The notes below the pieces were generated by a model. That model was not told the origin of the DNA. It did not search any database and saw only the letters and a list, made by a program, of their open reading frames with translations. Positions 36,673 through 47,804 of a stretch of 64,000 nt of DNA are shown one piece after another. Position numbers and translations under genes: made by a program. Every line of letters begins with the position of its first letter. Within the stretch, counting starts at the first letter, position 1. The DNA is from Rebecca billardiae RCC1528 (lineage: Eukaryota; Protista; Haptophyta), in NCBI GenBank assembly GCA_965240325.2, contig OZ251247.1:62001-126000 (forward strand), read 5' to 3'.

Positions 36673-39075
36673 GCGGCAAAAAAGCAATGTTGCTTGCCCT
36701 CGCCCCCACGCCAGGGCTGCAGCGGGGCGGCCAGAGGAGTTCCCTCGTGAGTGGCGAGAAAGAACCGCGGGGTGCCGGTGCTTCGCCGCGATTGGCCGGC
36801 GATATTCGCCAGCCCGACGAATTCGTACCAACTCATCAAGGCGATGCCAAACGCGCCAATCGGATCGCCGCTCATTTGAGCGCCGCCCAATGGGCTTCGA
36901 GCACCGCCCGAGTTCCGCAGGGCGGCCAAATTTCGCGAGAGCGAAGTCGATCGGCGCTCGCTTCGTCGAGCTCGGAGCCCCCAAGGGAAAACCCTCGAAC
37001 CAGCCCGCGTGGAACCGAACCTGCCGGCCGAAGTTTCGAACACCGCCGACGCCGCCGGGTATCTGAACCCTCGCGCGCTGCGCAGGTAAGCAGGGGGGTC
37101 ATAGTGGCCGCGGCGTGACGGGTATTTTACCTGCGACTTAACCCGGCGCGCGCGCTGGGTGGCCGCGCCGGACGACGATGGGGGCGGCGCGGCCGCGCTC
37201 GCGCGCCCCGGGTGTCAAGGCGCGCGCGCGCCCGCTGCCCGGCGGCGGGCGCGGCGCGGCCGCGGGATCGCGCGCGCCGCCGCGCGGACTCTGCCGGCTG
37301 AGCGGACGGCGGCATGCGGCCAGGCGCGCTCCGCTCCCGCGGGGCGTCGGACCGAAGTCTGACGGACGCGGAGGGCGCGGCCGTCGGCGGCGGGCGTGGT
37401 CGCGGCTGCGCGCGAGCACGCGGGCACCACTCGCGCGCGGTGCCAAGGGAGGGCTGTGGATGCGTAGCCCCACCCCGCGTCCGTGCGCCAAGCGCCCACC
37501 AAGCCACGCCCCTCGCGCCCACCGCTGCCGCGCGCGCCGCGTCGTGAGTCCGCGACCGGCGTGCTAATGGCGATCGGACTGTGACACGCATTCCGTCAGA
37601 CGTGGGGGATGCGTCCGCATCGCGGCGCGGCGCGGCGCGAAGGGCGCACGCGACGGGCGAGGGCAGTGAGTACGCGGCCGCAGCCACGGCCACGCACCGC
37701 GCCGACCAGCTCGCGCCGAGTGACGCGGGGCTCTCCGCCTCGCGCGCGGTGCCACGGCCGCCATGCTTCTAGGTGAACGCTTAAGGCGCGCCGGGGAGGC
37801 GGTGGAGAAGCGGAGTAATACGCAGGTAAGCGTGAGATCGCTGATGGTCTTCTGCCCGTACTCAGGCTTTTCAAATTCCACATAGCTATCGTCATCAAGC
37901 GAAAACAACGATTGAAATTGGCTCCCTTCGGTAAGTAGTGAAAGTATCCTCATCGCTCTCCCTGCCGTGATGGTTTGGAGCGATGAAAGCCTCGGCTCGC
38001 AAACCACACTGACCAATTATATGATTTAAACACTGACCGAACAGCACCGGTTTACCCATTCTATGATTTAACGACACCGTTTTAAACCTACTGCGCATGT
38101 AATTACCAGCTACTCGTTGGGCGACGTACTCCGGAGCAGAATTCCAGCTTCATGATCAATTCAATGTTGGAACAGCGTAAATAATGCGCGCCAAATCTAC
38201 CCCGCGTGTGCCGTCAGGCGCGGAACTTGCCGGGCAGCAGCACGATCCACGTCGATGGCGTCCGCGACGGTGCACGCACAGCAGTGTCGGGCGCGGCGGG
38301 ACACGGCAGGCCGCGCTTCGGCGGCTGCGCGCGGCGCGCCGCGCAGCTTTCACGCGCGCCGCTCTGCCGCGCACCCGCGCGCCCGCCAAGTCGCGCCACC
38401 CGTGCAGGCCCGCGGCCGCCGGCCGGCGGGTGCGTCCCGGGCCCCGGCTGCGGCGCCGCCGCGGCGCGCGAGTCCCAGCCGCGGTCGGCACCGCGTCGCC
38501 GGCCTGCTCGCCCGCCGGTCGCAGCGCGCCGGTGACGCTCGGAACGCCCCAGCCGGCCGTAGGCCACGCTGACGCGGCCAGACAGCGCAGTCGGCCGCCA
38601 TCGCCGACACGCGTCGCGGGCCGCGCCCGCCATGGCTGGCGCCGTGCCGGTGCCGCGCACTCAGCGTGCGCTCGTCAGGCCGTGATGCGGCCGATCAGAC
38701 GCATATCTGTCGGGCTGCCAGTCTTGTCAGCTGGCTGCCGGTCGAGTGACGACGAAGCCCAGCACTCCCCGACCGCGACCGCCTCTCCGGAGGCGGTATC
38801 CGGACTACGACCACCGCCCGGCAGTCCGCCGCACTGAGTCCGCGGGCCGGGGGCGCGGCCCGCCGCGGGGCCCCCGCCGGACTGAGAGTCAGACTACGGG
38901 TCAGCCCCGCTACAGAAAAACGTAGTACTACCGTAGCAGCAGGTTTCATTCCCGAGCGGGCGCCATCAAAGTTGCGCGCAGCGCGGAGCTCCGCCAATAA
39001 CCCGCCCCTAAAATCTGCTGCACGCCGCCACCGGCACACGTTGGCACTGCGCTGCTAGGCTTCCTGGGCCCTGGC

Positions 39076-39937
39076 TCAGCGGCTCAGGCCGGGCGCCTGC
39101 CGCATCAGCGACGACGTCGACGCGGACGACACGGCTGGCGGCGGCGGCGCTGCTGGCGCCTCGCCGCCGCCGCCGTCGCCGCCGCCGCCGAGGTAGCGCT
39201 TGCACACGTACCGCTGCGGGTGTCCCTCGCACGGCAGCTGCACCCACTGCGCGCTCGCACCCTCGAGGGCGGCGCAGTCGGCGCGCGCGCGCGGCTGCGC
39301 GGGCGGCGCGCCCGCCGGCTGCGCGGCGCCGTCGGCCGGGTGGGCGCGCCGCCAGTTGGCGTACGCGCTGCCCTTGAGCCGGCCGTCCGCCCACGCCCAC
39401 CCGCCTCCGCCTGCCCCCGCCCCCCGCCCCTCCTGCGCCGGCTGCCGGAACAGCCCCAGCAGCAGCAGCCCCCCGCTGGGCCCCAGCAGGCAGCCGTGCA
39501 GCCGACCCTCCGCGCCGTCGCCCACAGAGCTCAGCACCGCAGAGCTCGGCAGCGCGGCGGTGGCGGCGGTGGCGGCGGCGGTGGCGTTGCGCCGCGGGTG
39601 CAGCGCGGCGCACGCGGCCGCGGCGGCGCGCGGCGCGAGCGGCGGCCCCCGCTCCGCCGTGCCATCCCCGCGCAGGCCGTACGCCGCGCGCCCGCCCGGC
39701 CCCGTGTAGACGTGCCAGCCGTGCGCGTCCAGGGGGAGGGAGCGGAGGAGGCGCGCGCACTGGCGGCACTCGCGCAGCCCCGCGGCGCTGAGCGCGAGGC
39801 AGACGCCCAGCGCCACGCACAGCCAGCACGCGTACGCGCAGCCCCAGACCAGCAGCCGCCGCGGCCGCGGCCGCAGCCGGCCGAGCAGCGCGCGCGCGCG
39901 CCGCGCGCCGCGCCGCCGCCCGCTGCCGCTGGGCGCC

Positions 39938-39981
<44 letters not shown>

Positions 39982-42394
39982 CTCCGGAGCGACGCGCGCG
40001 GCACGGCCGGCGACGGCGTGCGGCGGCATGCCCGACGGCGCCACCGCCTCGCTCGCGCGCGGGCCCCGCCGCGCGCGGCCGCCGTCCGGCCCGTCCGCCG
40101 CTGCCGCCGGCGCTGACGCTGCCACCACCGCCGCCGCCGCCGCCGCCGGGCGCGTCACTGCAGACACAGCCGCCTCTGCGGTGCAGCCGCCGAGCGCATC
40201 CGCGCCGGCGGCGGCGGCGGTGGTGGTGGCATCGTCGGCGCGATGGATGCCGCAGCCCGCGCCCACCGCGCCCGCCGCGCCCGCCGCGCCGGCGGCAGCG
40301 GCGGCTGCGCTCGGCGCGGCGCCCGCGGCGCTGTCGGCGGCGGCGCCGTCGGCGTCGCCGCCGCCCGCGCGCGGCGCGCCCTCCGCCAGCGATCGCAGCG
40401 TGCGCCTCAGCGCGGCGTTGAACGCGCCCCGCTCGGCGTGGCCGCTCGTCACCTCGACGCACGCCAGCAGCCACTGCCGGTCCGCCTCCGAGTAGCACCG
40501 CGCGCCTTCCACGTCGAACCCCTCCACACTCGCCAGCTCAAAGTCCGGGAGCAGCACGGCCTCTGTGGGGCGGCCGCCTCCGCCCACGTACGCGTGGGCG
40601 ACGAGCTCGACGACGCACCAGAGGCGCTGCGCGAGGGTGGGGCCGAGCAGCAGCAGCAGACGCTCGCAGCCCGCGAGGTACACGGGCAGCCGCGCCACGT
40701 CGCAGCCCGCCTCGTCGTCGCACCCCGCCACGTCGCAGCCCGCCTCGTCGTCGGCCGCGCGCTCGGCCGCCGGCTGCGCGCCGGCTGCCGCGCGCCCCTG
40801 CCGCCCCTGCCGCCCCTGCCGCGCCTGCGCGCGCGGGCCGGGCAGCAGGCAGCACCTGCACAGCACCGCCACAGCCACAGCCGGGGGGGCGAGGGGCGAG
40901 GGGGGGGGTGAGCGGGGCCAGCCTCCCGCGCGGGTGCGGGCGGTGCAGCGTGTGTGCGGCAGCAGCAGCGCAGCAGCAGCGCAGCAGCCCCCGTCGATCC
41001 AGAGCACAGGGCTAGGGGTAGGGGTAGGGGTACGGGTAGGGGTAGGGGTAGGGCGTGCAGCGGCAGCGCAGCACCTGTCGATCCAGAGCAGAGGCTCCCG
41101 CCCGTGCTGCGCCACGAACCGAGCGCGCCACGCGCTCAGCGCGGCCCACTTGTGCGACGGCTCGTCCAGGCTCGAGTGCGTCACAAAGGCTGCGCGCACG
41201 CACGCACGCACACACGCACACACGCACGCACGCATACACGCACGCACACACGCACACGCACGCACGCACGCCAGCGGGGCGGGAGGGCAGCAGGGCAGCA
41301 GGGCGGGTGTGTCGGGGGTGTCGGCTGGGCGGCGGGCGGCGGGGCCAGCCGTGCCCGAGCGCGCGCGCACCGTCGATCTCGCCCAGCTCGGCGTGCCGCG
41401 TGCACGCGTACAGCGCCGCCTCCGCCGCGCGCCCCGCCGCGTGCGGCAGCGCCCCTAGGGGCTCGAAGGCGGAGGGCGGCAGGCGGTCGAAGCGGACCGC
41501 GCGCAGGCTGCGCTGCGCGGCGCGCACGAGGGCGTCGACGTCGCGCGCGCCGAGGAGGGTGCCCACGCCGGCGGCGGAGGCGACGTCGGCGCCGCGCGAG
41601 ACGAGGCAGCCGAGCACGCGCGCGCGCACGCGCGGCAGCAGGCAGCCGAGCGCGAGCGCGAGCGCACCGGCCGCGCGCACAAACCACACGCTGGCGAGCT
41701 GTGCGGCGGAGGGGAAGGCGGGCGCCTGCAGGCGGAGGAGGAGCAGGTTGTGCAGCGTGTTGAGCACGACCACGAGGTACACGCAGCCCACGCCGTCCCA
41801 CAGCAGCTCGAGCACGCCGCGCATCGACACGCGCCGCTCCGCCGGCGCGCGGCGCGGCGCAACGCCGAGCGCCGCCGCCAGCGCGCGCAGCCACACGGCG
41901 GAGAGGGCGGTGAGGGCGCAGAGCGGGGCGAGCTGCAGCGCGAGGAAGACGGCGGCGAGGGCGCCGGGGCACGTGTCCAGCCGCGCCCCGCCCAGCCGCG
42001 CCGCCCACGGCCGCGCCAGCAGGTTCGCCACCGCGAGCGCCGGCCCCGCCAGCGCGAGCGCGAGGGTGACGGCACTCACCGTGGCCGTGTCGGCGGGGCG
42101 CAGCGCGAGGAGGAGGGCGGGGAGGGCGAGCATGCCGCACGTGGTGGCGGCGGAGAGGTCGGAGCCGAACGCCTCGCTCCGCCGCCCGAAGAGCGCGCCC
42201 AGCGTGTACGCCAGCCCCGCGCACAGCAGCGCTCCGCCCACGAGCAGCGGAGGCGCCGTCGTGCGCAGCCGCTCGCGCCGCCCCGCCGCCTGGGCGTCGA
42301 GCAGGCGCTGGCGCAGGAGCGCGAGCTGGACGGCGCGCGGGAGCTCGTACGCCTTGTCCGCCTCGCCGTCCGCCGGTCGCGGCGTGGAGGACAT
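39076..42394 (-). CDS. Multi-pass membrane protein: about 6 TM, TIR-like domain, TM, C-type lectin domain; exons 42394-41371, 41189-41075, 40855-39076
   Basis: Splicing gives D|AFVTHS...LLWIDR|CCL...LPVYLAGCERLLLLLGPTLAQRLWCVVEL, then a helix LLVWGCAYACWLCVALGVCLAL, then lectin motifs AAAAC, LLLLGL, WAWADG, YANW, DCAAL, WVQLPC, YVCK. Confidence 0.8.
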
Positions 42395-43857
42395 CGAGCT
42401 CGCGCGCGCGTGCGCGCTACGCGAGGCGACTCGCACTCGTCGGGCTCGAGCGGCTGAGGGCCGTGCGAGCGGTGGGCGACCCCCCTCCAATCTGTAAATC
42501 TGTACATCCGGTCCGGGCGCCGTCTTTCTTTCTTGCCGAAGTCTTCCAGCAACCCGATGCGGTATTCATCACTTATTAGGACTTTTAGCGAATCCGTTCA
42601 CTATGATACTCGCTTGCTCAGCTCATCATTCGTCAATCGTCACGCCTCGGTAGTAATTAATCATCACGCTCCGGCCGCCAGCCGGCCAGCCGGGGAAGAC
42701 ACGTCGCGGCGGAGGGCCGACCGCCTGGACCGGTGCGGCGCGAAGTGCACACCGACCCGTCCGCGGCGTGCGCTGCCCACGGCGCCCGGGACAGCCCGGC
42801 CCACACTGCGAGAGGCGCGCCAGCGCAGCCCCTGGCTGGAGACGCGCCCGGATGGGCGCTGGCCACGTGCCCCGAGCCCGCCGTGCGCAAGGCAGCTGCC
42901 GCCGCCACCGGCCGCCCAGCAGGCAGGCAGCACGCGCGCACGCGGCCCGATGCGCGCGCATCACGGCGCCTGGCAGCTGCCCACGCGGCCCGCAGCGCAC
43001 GCGCTCGCTCCGTGCGGTCAGCCGCGGTGCGCGCCCGCCCCGCGGGCCGCAGCGCCTCGACGCGCCTCGGTGCCGCTCCGTCCGCGCGCCCTCGGAGCGG
43101 CAGCTGCCCTCGCGTGGCCGAGCGCACGCGCAGCGCTGCAGTGGCCAGCAGCCTGCGCGCGCGCGTGCGCGTGTGTGGCGCCGGCTGAAGCAGCCGGAAG
43201 GAGGCGGAGGGCGGCGGCGGGCGTGAGCGCGCGCGCAGTGCTGGCACGCCTGAGCCACCGGCAGCCGCGCGCGCCCGAGAGTCCCCCGCCGGACGCCCGT
43301 CCTCCTCCGCCACCGCCTCCGCGCCGCACGCGCCTGCAGGGCACACGCTGCCGGCGCGCCGCAACCGGGTGCGCGGCACGCGCTGAGGGAAGCGAGCCCG
43401 CACGAGGCGGCGCGGGCGGACGCACGCGAAGGCGGTTGCACGCGCACGCGCACGAGCAGCTCGTCCAGTACGGTGTGCATGCCAGCGGGCTGCGCCGTCG
43501 GCTGCGCGCGCGCGTGCCCCCCGCGCGCGCGCGCGCTCGCGTCGCGCGTCGCTCGACCGCCGAGCGGCCGCTGGGCGGCGCGCGGCGGAGGGGGTGCACG
43601 GTGGCGATGGCAGCGGCGAGGAACGCGCAGCCGCGGGGGTGACGCGAGGATGCGCTCGATCCCCTCGGGCGGGAAGCTCCAACGCCGTCGCGGCCGTCCC
43701 AGCGGCGGGGCGCCATGGGAAGTCGGCCATGGTTGTCCGGTGCCGCAAGCATCCCGGAAAGTCCGGCTGATCCCCCGGACTCGCCCCCATCGAGGGCACG
43801 TCGCAGCTCCCGCGTCTGTGGCTGCTCCGAGTGGCGCGCCCCCCCGCTGGCGGCACC

Positions 43858-45264
43858 ATGTCTCAGTTCGCGTCGGAGGTGAAGCTCTTCGGCAAGTGGT
43901 CGTTCGAGGACGTGGAGATCCGCGACATCTCGCTGGAGGACTACATCGCCGTCAAGCCCAAGTACGCGCAGTACCTCCCGCACTCCGCCGGCCGCTGGCA
44001 GAAGAAGCGCTTCCGCAAGGCGTACTGCCCCGTCGTCGAGCGCCTCACCTGCGTACGCGCACGGCGCGCGAGCGGGGCGCGCGGGGCGCGCGGGGCGGAG
44101 CGTGGGCGAGGGGTGGCACGAGGCGAGTCGGTCGGTCTGGCGAGCACGCCGCTCCGTCGGCGCCGCGCGCGTGGGAGGCGCGACGCTCGACGGCGCGCGG
44201 CCGCACGGCGCGCTCGGGGGGCGGCGCGGCGCGCGGGCGCTCACGCCTGCGCCCGTGCTCGCGCGCGCGCCGCGCGACGCGTCGCAGGCGTTGATGCGGT
44301 ACGGGCGGAACAACGGCAAGAAGCTGATGGCCATCCGCATCGTCAAGCACTCGTTTGAGATCATCCACCTGCTGACTGACCAGAACCCGGTGCAGGTGCG
44401 GAGCACTGCGGAGCAGCGCACGTGTGTGTGTGTGTGTGTGCGCGCCGTGCTGTGGCTGCAGGGTGGGGGCGTGGAACACGTGTGTGTGCCACGCGCGTGT
44501 GCGGGGCAGAGGCACGCACGGGCAGGATCGGCACGCACGCACGCTCGCACGCGGACAGACGCACGCGGGCGGGCACTCGGCGCACGCGCGCGGCCGGCGG
44601 GCGGCCTGGCGGTGGGGGCGTGCCGTGCGCGGGCCGTGCGCACCGCCACACGGCCACACGGACAGGGCCGCAACCGGCGCGCCGAGGGCGGTGCACGCGC
44701 CGAGGCGTCGGGGCGGCGCGTGCGGCATCCGCGCCCCGCGGTGCACGCGCGGCCGGACCGCTGGGCGCTCTGCAGCGGCAGCGGCGGGGGCGGGTGCGCA
44801 CGGGAGCGGCGCGGCGGAGGGCTGGGCGGCGGAGGGCGCTGGGGCGGCGTGCGCGGCGCACGGCCGCGGGCGGGGCGTGCGGTCGTGCCGCGCATGCACG
44901 TGCCCTTTGCGGCGGCAGCGCGCGCGCCGAGCCTGACGCCCGCCCCCGCCCCCGCCGTGCCCTCCCGCGCCCCTCCCAGGTCCTCGTCGATGCCGTCATC
45001 AACTGCGGCCCGCGCGAGGACAGCACGCGCGTGGGCGGCGGCGGCGCCGTGCGGCGGCAGGCGTGCGACGTGTCGCCGCTGCGCCGCGTCAACCAGGCGA
45101 TCTTCCTCATCGCGACGGGCGCGCGCGAGGCGGCGTTCCGCAACATTAAGACGATCGCGGAGTGCCTGGCCGACGAGGTCGTGAACGCGGCCAAGGGCTC
45201 GTCCAACTCGTACGCCATCAAGAAGAAGGACGAGATCGAGCGTGTTGCCAAGAGCAACCGCTGA
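43858..45264 (+). CDS. RPS5: 40S ribosomal protein S5 (uS7); exons 43858-44052, 44288-44395, 44980-45264
   Basis: [14 protein letters not shown]...[15 protein letters not shown]...GRNNGKKL...GPREDSTR...[26 protein letters not shown]. Confidence 0.98.
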
Positions 45265-45998
45265 GCGCTCAGCCGCCTGCTGGGCGGCACCTGGGCGGCA
45301 CGCGGCGGCGCGCTCGGAGCGGCACGGGGCGGGCCGTGCCGTGTGGCCGGCGGTGCACGGGGCGGCCGTCGCTGGCGCTCGCGCCGTGGGAGCCTCGTCG
45401 GCCGCCGTCAGCCGTCGCACGGCTCGGTGCAGCTGCCAGCTGGGAGCGGCGCCGGTGCGACGGCGGCGGACGCCCGCCGTTTTGGAGTCGTCGCGTCAGC
45501 CGGTCGGTGTCGGACTCGGATGGCGCTGTGGACTGAACCGCGTCGCTCGCGCATGCACGCTGAGAAGGCGGCAGCGTGGGTAAACGGATGGGGCAGCGTG
45601 CATATATTAGTATAGCGTCAGATGACGACGAGTGACTCTGCGGCGTCGTCGTCCGCACTGACCACTCCGCGGGCGCGGTTACCACTACTCACTTACCTGC
45701 CGCGACCGCGAGCCGGACAGTCACATCGGAGTAGCTGAGCGGCGGCTGCCGCGCTGGGCCGAGCGACTACTACGGGCCTGCTGACATCGCATCGACGCGC
45801 ATCGGCACGCGCGGCCGACCGACCTGCAGACCTGCTGTCTGTAGGCGAGGCTCCACGCGCAGCATCGTCCATCAGTCGACGTAACCGGAGCCCCAGGTCC
45901 AGGACACGACACACGTCCGGCATCGCGGAGCGTGGCCAAGCGCCATCTGGCAGCGCCGCCGCGAGCCATCGGCCCGTCGCCGAGCGCGCGCGATGCCA

Positions 45999-47468
45999 TC
46001 AGCAGACAAGCGCACGCCACGCCGTCTCGACGCGCGCGGGCGTGTCAATCCGCTGGGTGGGCTCGTCTCGCTCGGCCTCGCTCATGCCGAGGCCGAGCGC
46101 AGCCGACCGCTTGCCGCACGCGTGCACGCTGCCGTCCGCACTCACAAACAGCGAGTGGGAGTCGCCCATGGCACAGCGCACCACACGGAGAAGAGCGAGG
46201 GCAGCCACGCGCGACGGGACGGCATGCCTCATCTCTTCGGACCCCAGCCCGAGCTGGCCGTACCAGTTGACCCCAAACGTGTGCACGCTGCCGTCCGCGC
46301 CCAGCACCGCGCTGCTGTCAAAGCCAGCGCACGCGCGCACGGCGCGCACAGCGGCGAGCGCCTCAATGCGCCTCGGCGTGGGCTGCTCAGGCGTGTCTGC
46401 GTGCCCGAGCGAGCCATCCTCATCATACCCGAACGAGTACACCGCCCCCTCGCTGTCCACCACCAGGCTGTGGACTTGGCCCGCGCTCACGTGCACGGCG
46501 CGCACGCCCGCGAGCGCCTCGATGCGCTGCGGCGTGAGCTGACGCCGATGGTCGCCGTGGCCGAGCTGGCCAAGCTGACCATGGCCGCACGAGTAGACGG
46601 CGCCGTGCGCAGATAGAAGCAGCGTGTGCGCCTCACCAGCTGCCATCCCGCCCACGCGCACACCGTCCAGCGCCTCGATGCGCGTCGGCTCCCACCGGTC
46701 CTTCGTGTCGCCGTGGCCGAGCTGGCCGCAGCCGTTGCGGCCCCAGCTGTACGCGCACCCAGCGGCGGTGAGCGTGAGGCTGTGACGCCTTCCAGCGGCG
46801 ATCGCCAGAACCACGACACCGACCAGCGCCGCGACGGGCTCGAACTCGCGACAGTCCTCCGTGTCCCCCAGCCCCAGCTGGCCCCAGCCGTTCTCGCCGC
46901 AGCCGTACACAGCGCCGGCGTCGCTCAGCGCGAGCAGGTGGTCATGGCCTGCGGCCACAGCGACCACGCGCACCGCGCTGAGGGAGGCGACGCGCGTCGG
47001 CACACGTAGTCCCCGCGCGCCCGCGTGGCCGCTAGCGACGGACGCTCGATACTCCCCCGTCGGTTGCCTGGTGTGCTCGTCCCACTCCTCCTCCTCGCCG
47101 CACGTGTGCAGCCCGCCCTCCGCGTCCACAAACGCGCTGAAGCCCTCGCCGACCGCCGCCGAAGATGCGTGCTCGCGTGCGAGCTCGATCACGCGCTCGC
47201 GCACGAAAAGCTCCTCCGTCCACGTACACGAAGCCGCGGGCTGCGTCTCGGGCAACGCGCGCTCGTGCCCGCGCGCGCGCGCGCGCTCGCGCAGCGCGCG
47301 CTCGACCGGCGAGCAGCCGCCGGGCGGCGCGGCGTGGAAGAGGCGCGCGGTGGCGTTCAGGCTGGCGAGGTCGCGCGGCGGCAGGAGCGAGATGATGCGG
47401 TCGAGCACCTCGGACGGCAGGTCGACGAGCGCGAGACGACGCGCGTGCGAGTGTGCTGCGTTGGCCAT
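45999..47468 (-). CDS. F-box-like + RCC1 repeat protein, copy 4, intronless
   Basis: LVDLPSEVLDRIISLLPPRDLASL followed by RCC1 blades. Confidence 0.92.
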   Translation of the reverse strand: MANAAHSHARRLALVDLPSEVLDRIISLLPPRDLASLNATARLFHAAPPGGCSPVERALRERARARGHERALPETQPAASCTWTEELFVRERVIELAREHASSAAVGEGFSAFVDAEGGLHTCGEEEEWDEHTRQPTGEYRASVASGHAGARGLRVPTRVASLSAVRVVAVAAGHDHLLALSDAGAVYGCGENGWGQLGLGDTEDCREFEPVAALVGVVVLAIAAGRRHSLTLTAAGCAYSWGRNGCGQLGHGDTKDRWEPTRIEALDGVRVGGMAAGEAHTLLLSAHGAVYSCGHGQLGQLGHGDHRRQLTPQRIEALAGVRAVHVSAGQVHSLVVDSEGAVYSFGYDEDGSLGHADTPEQPTPRRIEALAAVRAVRACAGFDSSAVLGADGSVHTFGVNWYGQLGLGSEEMRHAVPSRVAALALLRVVRCAMGDSHSLFVSADGSVHACGKRSAALGLGMSEAERDEPTQRIDTPARVETAWRALVC

Positions 47469-47804
47469 CGCTCTCCGCCAGCCAGTACGGTGAGAGCGCG
47501 TGAGCGTCGGCGCCGGCGCGCCGCGGCCGCGCTCCGCAGTCTCCCGAGTCGCACAGCCTGACAGCCACCGCCGTTGTACAACGGTGATGACAGTTGGCGT
47601 CTGCCTGTTCTGCAAGTTCTGCTAGCTTAGTCTTATTGCTACTGTTAATTCGCCGCGATCTGATGCTCGCGACTAGTAATAAGTAGTACAGCTGCGCATC
47701 AGCCTCTGCCCGCCGCTGGCCGACCGCGCACTCACGGCTCCGTCATCGCAACACTCGTCACTGATGCAACGCGGAGCAGTTGGACGCCGGCAGAGGGTGC
47801 TGCG

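Noticed and set aside
37138-37160. TTAA-CCC as a piggyBac end
   Set aside because: No matching GGG-TTAA end was found downstream.
42626-43730. Possible small spliced gene divergent from RPS5 (MHTVLDELL|ACGAEAVAEEDG)
   Set aside because: Intron-like tracts are present, but I could not build a consistent model or recognise a domain.
45687-45860. ACTTACCTG resembling the U1 snRNA 5' end (also near 55778)
   Set aside because: No U1 stem-loop I sequence or Sm site follows.
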